Shown here one piece after another: positions 9,877 to 18,575 of a stretch of DNA of 64,000 nt (position 1 is its first letter; each line of letters opens with the position of its first letter). The stretch is from an uncultured Chitinophagales bacterium (lineage in GTDB: Bacteria; Bacteroidota; Rhodothermia; Balneolales; HLUCCA01), in the NCBI GenBank assembly GCA_964550435.1, contig CAZJZI010000008.1:94-64093 (forward strand), in the 5' to 3' direction. The position numbers and the translations under genes were made by a program. The notes beneath the pieces are model-generated. The model searched no databases. It saw only the letters and a list, made by a program, of their open reading frames with translations, and had not been told where the DNA came from.

Positions 9877-9884
9877 CAAAGGTA
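9877..9884 (-). promoter_or_regulatory. Candidate Bacteroidota-type -7 box (TAccTTTG) for the TBDT operon
   Basis: The plus strand reads CAAAGGTA, which is TACCTTTG on the minus strand and matches TAnnTTTG. I saw no well-spaced -33 TTTG. It would imply a leader of about 200 nt. Confidence 0.25.
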
Positions 9885-9968
9885 TCTACGCATTTTTACG
9901 TAGTTTTTGACAATTACTATCAACTCTCGATAATTATCACCGCCTATCTTTTTGTTATACAATAAGTT

Positions 9969-10021
9969 AATCCTCATTCATATTCAATATAAAATGTTGA
10001 ATATCAATCTAAATGAGGATT
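9969..10021 (-). terminator. Long imperfect hairpin downstream of the amidase gene (terminator-like)
   Basis: The outer arms AATCCTCATT (9969..9978) and AATGAGGATT (10012..10021) and the inner arms ATATTCAA (9980..9987) and TTGAATAT (9997..10004) are all perfect complements. The structure starts 13 nt after the stop at 10035. There is no clean U-tract. Confidence 0.45.
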
Positions 10022-10034
10022 TTCATATTCAATT

Positions 10035-11852
10035 TTAACGAAGTAACAACATTTTTCGGGTCTTCACCACTATACCATCGACTTCCAGGGCATAAACAAG
10101 TACCCCACTTGCAACACTGCTGGCTTCAAAAGAAACACTGTGTCTCCCTGCCGAGTAGGAACGGTCGGCCGGTACAGCAATCATTTGTCCCTGAGAATTG
10201 TACACCAATACACGTACGTTTGACGCTTGTGGAAGCTCAAAACTTATACTGGTACTCGGATTGAATGGATTCGGGTAGTTCTGTTCAAGTACGAATCCAT
10301 TTGGAGATTCTTCGTCATCGATTGAAGTCGGTGATGCCGTGGTGAACGTGTAGGTTTGAGACACCGTGAAAGTATCCGAATTGACCGCAACAATACGATA
10401 GTGATATAATGTTGCAGGCATCAGATTCTCTAACTCAAAGCGTATTGTTTCTATAGCATCTGACGCTTCAACTTCGATTTCATCAGTAGACATTGAAAGG
10501 TTATCTACTTCTGATCCGTATTCCATGAACAATTCTATGTCAGATTCAAAATTTCTTACTCCGACTTCAGCATTGAATCGTGTCGTAACTGCAGTAGTAT
10601 CCTCTGCAGTTAAGATGGCAACCTCGGGTGGATTCAGAAACGCGTGGGTTCTGTTTCTAAGCGTTGGGAGATAATTGTACAGTCTCTGTCCCGGACACTC
10701 GGTCGCAGATCCATCTCTATGCCCGGAAATTGTATAGTAGTTTCGACTGGTAAATGGATGAATATTCCGTACTCGCACATCAATTCCCTTGTCATACGCC
10801 TTCCATGCCAGCACACGCATCAAAGAGTTGATTGCATTTTGAGTTGGCATCACAGTGGTATAATGTCCAATGACACAGACACCCATTGAATTCGTGTTCG
10901 AACCACCTACGTGGGCACCAATGACATCCACGAATCCGTTAAAGTTATGTGCACGACCCTGATATACAACGCCATTTCCATCTACAAGCCAATTATATCC
11001 AATGTCTGACCATCCGTTGGTCTGGGTGTGCAAAATGTAATACGAGCGAACTACAGCAGCAAAATCTGATGAGTTGGTATGTCCTGCCGAATGGTGGACA
11101 AACATGTGCGTTACATTAGTTTGAGACCTGCTTGCAGTGTTTGTAAGTCCTAATGTGGCTCCCCAGCTTGAACGGTCTACATACACGGGAATTGGGTAGG
11201 AAGATATTTCACCCATAGGCCCACCTGATGTTGATTTCTCAAGGGATCGGACATCAGGAATACGGTTTTTAGCTTCGGTAAATGGAATTACAGTCGATTT
11301 GTGCGTCTCCAGATCTGACTGTGGAGTTACGCCAGGATTAATGAAGTGAAATGAAATCTCGTCCAGGGTTGGTTGGAGCTGCCTCATTTCAGCGTGTAAC
11401 GTTGCGCGATATTGTATGTATTGCGTGCCAACCGGGAAAAATACAAGTACACTTGCAATACGGCCGTCTTCGAATTCAACATGATGGTCCACATCAGCGA
11501 CCATCCAGTCGCTCCATTCGCGAGTATTTTTGCTACCTCTGACTTCGATTACTATCTGATGATCGTTGGCAACTTCACCCTTCCAGTTTAAAGCCACGGC
11601 AACGAAAGGATGTTCTTTGGTCAGTGGAACCAGCTCCTCAGGACCTGTATATCTGATTATTTTATCTGCAACAAGCTCAGTTCCATATCCAGGTCTGGCT
11701 TTCCCAGGTGACATTCCCAACTCAGGACTTCTGTTGACTACAATTCGTTCGGTCCCGGAATCTGAAGCATTTGGATTATTGTCTTGCGCATTCAAAGTTG
11801 AACTTGTGACCAAAACAGCCAGCAAGAGTATCAACATTTTTTTTAAGTACAT
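10035..11852 (-). CDS. N-acetylmuramoyl-L-alanine amidase (Amidase_2/PGRP type) with T9SS C-terminal sorting domain
   Basis: 605 aa with a signal peptide (LLLAVLVTSSTLNAQ). Catalytic-domain motifs are VTHMFVHHSAGH, WSDIGYNWLVDGNGVVYQGR, GAHVGGSNTNSMGVCVIGHY and SGHRDGSATECPG. The C-terminus reads LEQNYPNPFNPSTSISFEL..VLVYNSQGQ..GVLVYALE. Confidence 0.85.
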   Translation of the reverse strand: MYLKKMLILLLAVLVTSSTLNAQDNNPNASDSGTERIVVNRSPELGMSPGKARPGYGTELVADKIIRYTGPEELVPLTKEHPFVAVALNWKGEVANDHQIVIEVRGSKNTREWSDWMVADVDHHVEFEDGRIASVLVFFPVGTQYIQYRATLHAEMRQLQPTLDEISFHFINPGVTPQSDLETHKSTVIPFTEAKNRIPDVRSLEKSTSGGPMGEISSYPIPVYVDRSSWGATLGLTNTASRSQTNVTHMFVHHSAGHTNSSDFAAVVRSYYILHTQTNGWSDIGYNWLVDGNGVVYQGRAHNFNGFVDVIGAHVGGSNTNSMGVCVIGHYTTVMPTQNAINSLMRVLAWKAYDKGIDVRVRNIHPFTSRNYYTISGHRDGSATECPGQRLYNYLPTLRNRTHAFLNPPEVAILTAEDTTAVTTRFNAEVGVRNFESDIELFMEYGSEVDNLSMSTDEIEVEASDAIETIRFELENLMPATLYHYRIVAVNSDTFTVSQTYTFTTASPTSIDDEESPNGFVLEQNYPNPFNPSTSISFELPQASNVRVLVYNSQGQMIAVPADRSYSAGRHSVSFEASSVASGVLVYALEVDGIVVKTRKMLLLR

Positions 11853-11890
11853 ATCTATTGTTTTCTATCCGTTTACATTTAAATACAGCA

Positions 11891-12427
11891 TTATTGGAAG
11901 TAATCCAGAATGCCGGATTGTATTATCCCATTGAATTCATCCATTTTAAATTCAATGACCATTTCGTTTTCGAAAAATATATAGAGCCCGGTTGAGTCAT
12001 CTTGATAGGGCATATAAATACGAATTTCTTTGCGGATTGGGGCGCCTTTGATGCTTTGCTTGACTACGATCGGAGCGTCTCCCAGTGCTTCATCGATTTC
12101 ATTCATTGTTCTGCCATTCAAATCCAGAAATCCGTCTGTGTTTAAAAATGTGTGATAAGGGGCAACATCCAAACGATAAAGGTTTACTTCCGAAGTTTCA
12201 GCATCTGGTGACTCTATTGGATTCAGACGATCCTGTATTGCGGCTATTTTGTCGGCTGTGTCCGTGGAATTGTAAGTACTGTCTGAAATAGCCTGAGTGT
12301 TTGTGTCACGCTGTACGAACTCTTCTGAAGTCGAATCAGACTGATTCCGATTTTGGTCAATCGTACAACCAAGCAGTGAGAAAACAAAACCTAACCAAAA
12401 CAAATATCTGTGTGGTACAAAAATCAT
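11891..12427 (-). CDS. Hypothetical lipoprotein
   Basis: 178 aa with a lipobox (FVFSLLGC followed by TID) and a low-complexity S/T/D-rich linker, then a globular C-terminal half. It lies 38 nt upstream of the amidase on the same strand. Confidence 0.7.
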   Translation of the reverse strand: MIFVPHRYLFWLGFVFSLLGCTIDQNRNQSDSTSEEFVQRDTNTQAISDSTYNSTDTADKIAAIQDRLNPIESPDAETSEVNLYRLDVAPYHTFLNTDGFLDLNGRTMNEIDEALGDAPIVVKQSIKGAPIRKEIRIYMPYQDDSTGLYIFFENEMVIEFKMDEFNGIIQSGILDYFQ

Positions 12428-12560
12428 GAAATAATGATGATAAACGTGGTAACTTTAGGACTAAATTAAGACGATAAATGATTATTCAAAAAGAATTGGA
12501 TTATTTTTTACCATTCATTTATCTAAGATTTGAACACTACAATTGGGTTTAGATTTCCGC

Positions 12561-12950
12561 ATGCGAAACATTCTGTTTTTATTGACTGCCTGCGTTATCC
12601 TTTCAGGTTCTCTGTTGGTTCTGGGCCCGGTCAATTCTGTAAAAGTGTTCACTTCAGAACAGGCATTTGAAGATTTTCTACTCATACAGGTGTATAACTT
12701 CGGTTATCCTCATGAACGGGTAAGAACCCGGGAAATCCAGGTAAATGAGGGGTTTTCACGCCAAATCATAACAATTGATATAGCGAGAGACTTCCCGAGA
12801 ACACGGTTCCATAAAAATCTGGCCGACTCTTTACGCCCTTACGGAGTGACTACCTATGGTGTAGTGCAAATGACAGAACCGATAACTGAAATTCACCTCA
12901 GTTTGGATAATACCGTTCTCAAAACTATCAGACTTGTTAGAAATAACTGA
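12561..12950 (+). CDS. Hypothetical exported protein
   Basis: The ORF-track entry 12543..12950 starts at a TTG. The first ATG (12561) gives MRNILFLLTACVILSGSLLVLG, a signal- or TM-like N-terminus. I recognised no family. Confidence 0.55.
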   Translation: MRNILFLLTACVILSGSLLVLGPVNSVKVFTSEQAFEDFLLIQVYNFGYPHERVRTREIQVNEGFSRQIITIDIARDFPRTRFHKNLADSLRPYGVTTYGVVQMTEPITEIHLSLDNTVLKTIRLVRNN

Positions 12951-12956
12951 ATCATT

Positions 12957-13721
12957 TCAGATATCCATCATTTTGAATGTCTTGAAAATCTCGTGAGCGG
13001 TGAGGTCGTACTGAATAGGTGTTACTGATGCGAATCCATCTTGCAGAACTTTAACGTCGAGATCTTCGGCGTTATCCAGAAGTTCGAATTTACCTGTCAT
13101 CCAATAGTAAGGCCTGTTAAAAGGATCTACCCTACCGTCGTATTCTTCAATGTAACGGCTTTCTGCCTGACGAGTCCACTTTAGACCCTTAAGGGGTCCG
13201 GCAGGCGCATTAATGTTGAGTGTTATTCCCTTGGGAAGCCCGTTTTTAAAAACAAATTCAATCATTCTGGCAGCTGCTTCCTGGCAACCGGTCAGATCCG
13301 CATCTTCTTTGAATTCACCGCAACTAACAGCGATTGCCGGATATCCAAGAATGGTAGCTTCAGTGGCTGCACTAACCGTACCCGAATAAATGATATTTAT
13401 ACCTGCATTTGAGCCATGGTTTATCCCGCTCAGAACTAAATCAGGTTTTCGATCCATGAGTTTATCGTGCGCCAGTTTAACACAATCGGCCGGAGTCCCG
13501 TTAATTGCGATTGCATCCATCCCGTTCTGCATTTTGACTCTTGTTGCCCTTAGCGGAGTATTTATTGTAATAGCATGACCTACCGCACTTTGTTGACGAT
13601 CCGGAGCAATAATCTGCACGTCTGCATACGTAGCAGCGACTTCAGCGAGAGCTCGTATTCCAGGTGAATAATATCCATCGTCGTTACAAATGAGAATCAG
13701 GCGGCGTTCAGTTACTGACAT
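12957..13721 (-). CDS. surE: 5'/3'-nucleotidase SurE
   Basis: 254 aa with LILICNDDGYYSPGIRALAE, SGINHGSNAGINIIYSGTVSAATEA and other SurE family motifs. Confidence 0.9.
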   Translation of the reverse strand: MSVTERRLILICNDDGYYSPGIRALAEVAATYADVQIIAPDRQQSAVGHAITINTPLRATRVKMQNGMDAIAINGTPADCVKLAHDKLMDRKPDLVLSGINHGSNAGINIIYSGTVSAATEATILGYPAIAVSCGEFKEDADLTGCQEAAARMIEFVFKNGLPKGITLNINAPAGPLKGLKWTRQAESRYIEEYDGRVDPFNRPYYWMTGKFELLDNAEDLDVKVLQDGFASVTPIQYDLTAHEIFKTFKMMDI

Positions 13722-13751
13722 TCGTTAAATAGTATTCGTGTAGATTCAGAA

Positions 13752-14579
13752 TTAATTGTATTGCTCGTCACTGGAAGGAAAACTTTCAGATTTCACATCA
13801 TCGACATAGCTTTTAACAGCTGCGGACATATCCTCATACAGGTTCATATAGCGTCGAATGAACCGAGGTTTAAAATCTTTGGTGAGTCCCAGCATATCAT
13901 GTACCACAAGTACCTGACCATCGCAGGCTGAACCTGCACCTATACCAATGGTTGGGATATTCAGTGATTCTGTCACTTTTTGAGCTAATGAGGCAGGAAT
14001 TTTTTCGAGAACTAGTGCAAAACAACCTGCCTCCTGGAGTTTGAGTGCATCTTCGATGAGTTGATTCGCTTCAGTTTCTTCTTTTGCCCTGACTTTGTAC
14101 GTTCCAAACTTGTAAATCGACTGCGGTGTTAGCCCCAGGTGACCCATAACTGGTATCCCAGCATCAACAATTCTTTTTACGGTATCAACGATATAGGTTC
14201 CACCTTCGAGTTTAATGGCATGGGCTCCAGCCTCTTTCATCATGCGACCGGCGCTGATCAAAGCTTCTTTTATGGTGACCTGATAACTCATAAACGGCAA
14301 ATCTGCGACCACAAGTGCACGGTCCACACCTCTGACCACACAGCTGGTGTGATAGATCATTTGTTCCAACGTAATTGGAAGTGTAGTTTCGTGACCAGCC
14401 ATTACGTTACTTGCCGAGTCGCCTACCAGAATCACATCAATTCCGCCGTTATCAACAATTTTGGCCATGGTGTAATCATAGGCGGTGATCATACTGATCT
14501 TTTCGCCACGTGATTTCATATCTACGACCGTTCGGGTAGTCACTTTGTCTGGTCTGCCGTCTTGTTTTGCAGTACTCAT
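13752..14579 (-). CDS. panB: 3-methyl-2-oxobutanoate hydroxymethyltransferase
   Basis: 275 aa with [57 protein letters not shown] and GHLGLTPQS. Confidence 0.92.
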   Translation of the reverse strand: MSTAKQDGRPDKVTTRTVVDMKSRGEKISMITAYDYTMAKIVDNGGIDVILVGDSASNVMAGHETTLPITLEQMIYHTSCVVRGVDRALVVADLPFMSYQVTIKEALISAGRMMKEAGAHAIKLEGGTYIVDTVKRIVDAGIPVMGHLGLTPQSIYKFGTYKVRAKEETEANQLIEDALKLQEAGCFALVLEKIPASLAQKVTESLNIPTIGIGAGSACDGQVLVVHDMLGLTKDFKPRFIRRYMNLYEDMSAAVKSYVDDVKSESFPSSDEQYN

Positions 14580-15013
14580 TTTTTATTTGGAATCAGTGCA
14601 GCGGTTGCATCTAGTTCGCATGTTACTTGTCCGTCTACAGAGGCTTTAGAGTGCATTGTTATGAACATTCGTTTTAAGCCTGTGATTTCGACTTCAAGTT
14701 TAAGTTGGTCTCCTGGAACGACGGGTCTGCGAAATTTACAGTTGTTGATTGCAGAGAAGACTATAGTATGTTCATCTGCATTCAGATTATTCGTTTTTAG
14801 AAAATGAATACAACCAGCCTGGGCCAGTGCCTCCACTTGCAGAACTCCCGGCATAATGGCGCTGGCTGGGAAATGTCCATTAAAAAACTCTTCGTTAGCT
14901 GTGACATTTTTTATAGCTACAATCGAAGTGGGAGTCATTTCAAGCACTCGGTCAACGAGCAAAAATGGATATCTGTGAGGAATAATCGCTTTAATTTCTT
15001 CTATGTTCATCAT
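14576..15013 (-). CDS. fabZ: 3-hydroxyacyl-ACP dehydratase FabZ (stand-alone)
   Basis: 145 aa with [20 protein letters not shown] and [11 protein letters not shown]. It overlaps the panB start by 4 nt. Confidence 0.92.
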   Translation of the reverse strand: MMNIEEIKAIIPHRYPFLLVDRVLEMTPTSIVAIKNVTANEEFFNGHFPASAIMPGVLQVEALAQAGCIHFLKTNNLNADEHTIVFSAINNCKFRRPVVPGDQLKLEVEITGLKRMFITMHSKASVDGQVTCELDATAALIPNKK

Positions 15014-15053
15014 CTGAAAGTAGGATTTTAGTTATAAGTGCTTAACGGTAACG

Positions 15054-15743
15054 TTATTTAACTACACCGACATAAATATAGGCAATGCCCCCGTTAAGTT
15101 TATGCGAATCTTGAGTAGAGAACGATCCTGATTTTTTCATAAGCTCAAGAAACGCATCCCCAGCGGGGAAAGCAGCGCTGGTTTCGGGCAGGTATTGATA
15201 CGCATCACGATTACCGGTGAGAAGCCCACCCACAAAAGGGATTATGTATTTGCTGTAGAATCGGTATGGCCAAGACATGATCCCTTTGGGCTGACCAAAT
15301 TCCAGAACCACGACCCTACCGCCTGAGCGTACAACACGAGACATTTCTTGTAGACACACCAAAGGGTCATCCACATTCCTGATTCCGAATGAAATCGAAG
15401 AAATGTCGAATGAATTGTTGGCATAGGGTAAATCCATAGCATCAGCAACTTCAAAATCGATCAGAAGACCATTCTTCTTGGCTTTTGATGGCGCTGGATC
15501 AATCATTTCCTGACAGAAATCTGTTCCTTTAACATATCCAGTGTCTCCCACTTTCTTTTTGAAAGTAATTGCCAGATCTCCAGTTCCTGTAGCACAATCC
15601 AGTACTTTATCACCCGGTTTAGCGCCACTCAAGCGTACGGCTTTTTTCCTCCACAAATGATGGATTCCGAGGGACAATACACTGTTCGTAACATCATATT
15701 TGTCCGCAATAGACGCAAACATGGAACGGACTTTTTCACTCAT
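15054..15743 (-). CDS. ubiE: Demethylmenaquinone/ubiquinone methyltransferase (UbiE/MenG)
   Basis: 229 aa with MFASIADKYDVTNSVLSLGIHHLWRK, the SAM motif VLDCATGTGDLA, and FGIRNV. Confidence 0.9.
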   Translation of the reverse strand: MSEKVRSMFASIADKYDVTNSVLSLGIHHLWRKKAVRLSGAKPGDKVLDCATGTGDLAITFKKKVGDTGYVKGTDFCQEMIDPAPSKAKKNGLLIDFEVADAMDLPYANNSFDISSISFGIRNVDDPLVCLQEMSRVVRSGGRVVVLEFGQPKGIMSWPYRFYSKYIIPFVGGLLTGNRDAYQYLPETSAAFPAGDAFLELMKKSGSFSTQDSHKLNGGIAYIYVGVVK

Positions 15744-15814
15744 AAGTTATTTAATAATAATGTATTTAGATAAATAATATTTAAATCCATGCAACACTTC
15801 GCAACCGTTTAAAA

Positions 15815-16453
15815 TTACGCCCTGCGTTTTTTGGATTTATTTCTCGTCATGGCATCAATTAGATCTTGCTCCATGCCCTTTAATCCGGGGACTTCCAATC
15901 GGTTGGAAATCGCAGTTTTAACCACAACCATTTTCATTACCCTATCATTCAGTGTCATTGATCCTGATCTGTTTTGATAAAAAGTATCAAATAGTTTCCT
16001 TAGCCACCCAAAGCGTAAAACCAAAAAGAAAAGCAGTGACAGAATCAAGTCAGTATACAATTCAGAAATTCCCAGATAACTAATGGATGCAACAGCTGCT
16101 ATCAATATCACCGATTCAGCCGATAAAAATTGTACCACGATGGTTAATGGCTTATTGATCAATGCACTTTTACCAAGATGCCACAAGTACAATACTCCGA
16201 TCGCAGTGAAAAATGCCAGAGAAACGGGTGCCAGATGAATCAATAGTATAAAAACCCAGACTGCAATGGAATCTGTACTCCGGACCCAGGTCTCGGAGTC
16301 CTTGACGATCTCGTCGAGTGATTTATGAGACAATACTTCGGGTGAGAGCTTGCGAATTAGCTCGGTTGTCATAAAATACCAGTTGCCATTTTTAGTAAAA
16401 ATACCAGCTGGTGTCTCAACATAATCAGATGCTGTAGAATTTAGTAGACTCAT
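15815..16453 (-). CDS. Hypothetical integral membrane protein
   Basis: 212 aa with about four hydrophobic helices in the central part and a basic C-terminus (KSKKRRA). I recognised no family. Confidence 0.6.
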   Translation of the reverse strand: MSLLNSTASDYVETPAGIFTKNGNWYFMTTELIRKLSPEVLSHKSLDEIVKDSETWVRSTDSIAVWVFILLIHLAPVSLAFFTAIGVLYLWHLGKSALINKPLTIVVQFLSAESVILIAAVASISYLGISELYTDLILSLLFFLVLRFGWLRKLFDTFYQNRSGSMTLNDRVMKMVVVKTAISNRLEVPGLKGMEQDLIDAMTRNKSKKRRA

Positions 16454-16467
16454 AGCTAGTAAAGATA

Positions 16468-16490
16468 CAGATTAATCCTAAATTAATCTG
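16468..16490 (-). terminator. Hairpin downstream of comF (terminator-like)
   Basis: Perfect 9-bp stem CAGATTAAT/ATTAATCTG with a 5-nt loop, 27 nt after the comF stop. It is followed on the minus strand by UAUCUUU. Confidence 0.4.
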
Positions 16491-16516
16491 CATGACAGAG
16501 CCTTAACAGCATCATT

Positions 16517-17239
16517 TCACGCCATACATACCGTCAGAATACCCGATTTATCCATGCCACTGTCGTTCAGGATTTTACTCAGAGCAAATGCTGTAGCTCC
16601 TGTGGTGAAAACATCATCAATGATTATGATTCTTCTGCCCGATATTTCCTCCTGTCTCTGTACTCTAAACGCTTCCTGAAGATTTTTCATCCTTCCCTGT
16701 AAATTTTGTCCGGTCTGCGTAATTGTAAATCGATGTCTGACAACCGAATCTTCATGAATCATAGGTATCCCAGTGATTTCTGAGACTCCCGATGCAATAA
16801 GTTGAGCCTGATTATAACCACGATACCTTTTCTTTTTGGGATGAAGTGGAACCGCCAAGAGTATGGGCTTGGATTCGGAGCTTAATAATTGATCCCAAAT
16901 AGATGACTTCATAAACTCGGATCCGAGTAAGACACCAAGCTCAAAGCCCAATCGACCCATACCTCCATATTTTATCATTCTCATTATCTTTTGAAGTCCA
17001 CCAGCTTTATCGTACTTCCAGAGTGCATACTGGAAATCAATTTCATCTGGTAGAATTACACCCTTTCCGGATTTAAGTCCAGACAACATTGCCTTATCAA
17101 AGGCTGAATCCTGACAAAAAGGACACATCATATTACCGTCGGAGTGTGTCGGAAGTCCACAACAAACGCATACTTCGGGGAACAACATCTCTTTGAAACC
17201 GGCAATCGACTCCGAAACAATCATATTCAATAATTTCAT
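16517..17239 (-). CDS. comF: ComF-family phosphoribosyltransferase
   Basis: It has N-terminal Cys pairs (CVCCG .. CPFC) and the PRTase motif RRIIIIDDVFTTGAT. The ORF-track start at 17272 is a TTG; I use the first ATG (17239, MKLLN). The exact start is uncertain. Confidence 0.78.
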   Translation of the reverse strand: MKLLNMIVSESIAGFKEMLFPEVCVCCGLPTHSDGNMMCPFCQDSAFDKAMLSGLKSGKGVILPDEIDFQYALWKYDKAGGLQKIMRMIKYGGMGRLGFELGVLLGSEFMKSSIWDQLLSSESKPILLAVPLHPKKKRYRGYNQAQLIASGVSEITGIPMIHEDSVVRHRFTITQTGQNLQGRMKNLQEAFRVQRQEEISGRRIIIIDDVFTTGATAFALSKILNDSGMDKSGILTVCMA

Positions 17240-17453
17240 CTCACTTCTTATTATACTCGAACCAATGTTCAAGTTGAGTTCATGTTCAAAGTATACCCGG
17301 TTTAAGTATGAGTCTGAATCTGTTAATTCCTTGCAAAAAAACGTTTTATTTCACATTAATGGCTTATATATTCGGATGTTCGTGTCATTACGGACTTTCA
17401 TCTAGTTGTGTTGATTGATTTGGTGTTTGTCCTTTGTAAACCAAAAATGTTAT

Positions 17454-18569
17454 ATGGCTTCATTACACGCTGATCTACAAGAAATCAGAGAAAAATCCGG
17501 ACAATCGGTTATTGATATTAATTCAAAGACCAGAACTCCGGTTAGCGTCATTCAAGAGATTGAAAAAGGTGTCTTTTTCGAGAAGGGTGACAAACAGAAA
17601 ACATATATCAGAAGCTTTGTCAGAACATATGCCAAGGCAATAGGTATCAAAGATGAAGACATTATTCGAGCACTCGATGCACAGGAAGCAGGCACATATT
17701 CTGGTGGTCTTCGTAAAAAGTATTTACCTGAAACGCTGCAGGGTGATTTAGAAGACCCGGATGCTCCGATGAGTTCCGATCATAGTAACGACATAGCTAA
17801 TGACAACGAAGACACCGGTTTGGTTCGGCCGGGACCGACGTCTACAATTGGGTACGATGAGTTTTCACGACCTGATCCGTCTCGCCAGCATAATAGAGTA
17901 ACACCTCCCCCACCGAAGCTTGATTCTGTTGATTGGGCAAAATTCAATGAAGGATTCTCTGCACTGAGTACACCGGTCTTGAAATATTTGGTAATTGCAA
18001 TTGTTGTAATTGTGGTCGGAGCAGGTGGATATTACGGATTCACTTTGCTTAGCGACTTTGATTTTGGAGGTTCCGATGAGGTCAGTGTTGCCGATGCGAT
18101 GCAGACAAGTCCCGATTCCGATTCGGTGGTGATTCCGGATACCTCGTTTGCAGCTCTTGGTGCCGACTCACTTTCTGTAATTCCACCTGAAATCCCTTCT
18201 TCTGTGGAAGCTGTGGTACTACCTGATACCCTTTATTTGGTGGTATATGCCCAAAACGGCAAACTTGAACCTGTTAGAATCACTTCTGATGTGAACAATA
18301 CACGCAGTCCTTATTGGATTGAGCAAAATGAAGCCATGAGGTTTGATTTTTTCGAGCAGGTCAGAGTCGAAGGTGCCCTCGACCGTGCATCATTCATGGT
18401 GAACGGCCATTTAATCACCGATCTGGATTCAATATTGCTAAATAACAGCTCAATTCAAATAACCCGTGATTTTCTGTTCAGAAGGCCTTACTTGTTCAAT
18501 AATAGCCAACCTGAATTGCCGGATGGATTCACACAACCATCTGTAATCAGAGATCGACCCGTTTTTTGA
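17454..18569 (+). CDS. RodZ-like cytoskeleton protein (HTH + TM + DUF4115-like C-terminal domain)
   Basis: The N-terminus has HTH-like character (LQEIREKSGQSVIDINSKTR), followed by a disordered linker and a single TM (LVIAIVVIVVGAGGYYGF). A C-terminal beta-rich domain follows. The track start at 17415 is a TTG; the ATG at 17454 is preferred. Confidence 0.65.
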   Translation: MASLHADLQEIREKSGQSVIDINSKTRTPVSVIQEIEKGVFFEKGDKQKTYIRSFVRTYAKAIGIKDEDIIRALDAQEAGTYSGGLRKKYLPETLQGDLEDPDAPMSSDHSNDIANDNEDTGLVRPGPTSTIGYDEFSRPDPSRQHNRVTPPPPKLDSVDWAKFNEGFSALSTPVLKYLVIAIVVIVVGAGGYYGFTLLSDFDFGGSDEVSVADAMQTSPDSDSVVIPDTSFAALGADSLSVIPPEIPSSVEAVVLPDTLYLVVYAQNGKLEPVRITSDVNNTRSPYWIEQNEAMRFDFFEQVRVEGALDRASFMVNGHLITDLDSILLNNSSIQITRDFLFRRPYLFNNSQPELPDGFTQPSVIRDRPVF

Positions 18570-18575
18570 TTACCC

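Noticed and set aside
9670-10034. Known riboswitch (for example cobalamin or TPP) upstream of the TonB-dependent receptor
   Set aside because: I found no B12-box-like GCCACTG core or TPP CTGAGA-type core on the minus strand, only generic hairpins. It is kept as an unclassified leader in the findings.
11566-11934. 122-aa plus-strand ORF antisense to the amidase gene. Similar antisense ORFs occur at 14139..14513, 20971..21330, 26599..26934, 27462..27833, 32433..32837 and 46656..46955.
   Set aside because: All lie inside strongly supported genes on the opposite strand. They have low-complexity or odd composition and no recognisable motifs. These are typical shadow ORFs.
12951-12956. Terminator between the convergent 12561..12950 ORF and surE
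   Set aside because: Only a 5-bp CTGAA/TTCAG stem spans the 6-nt gap. It is too weak to call.
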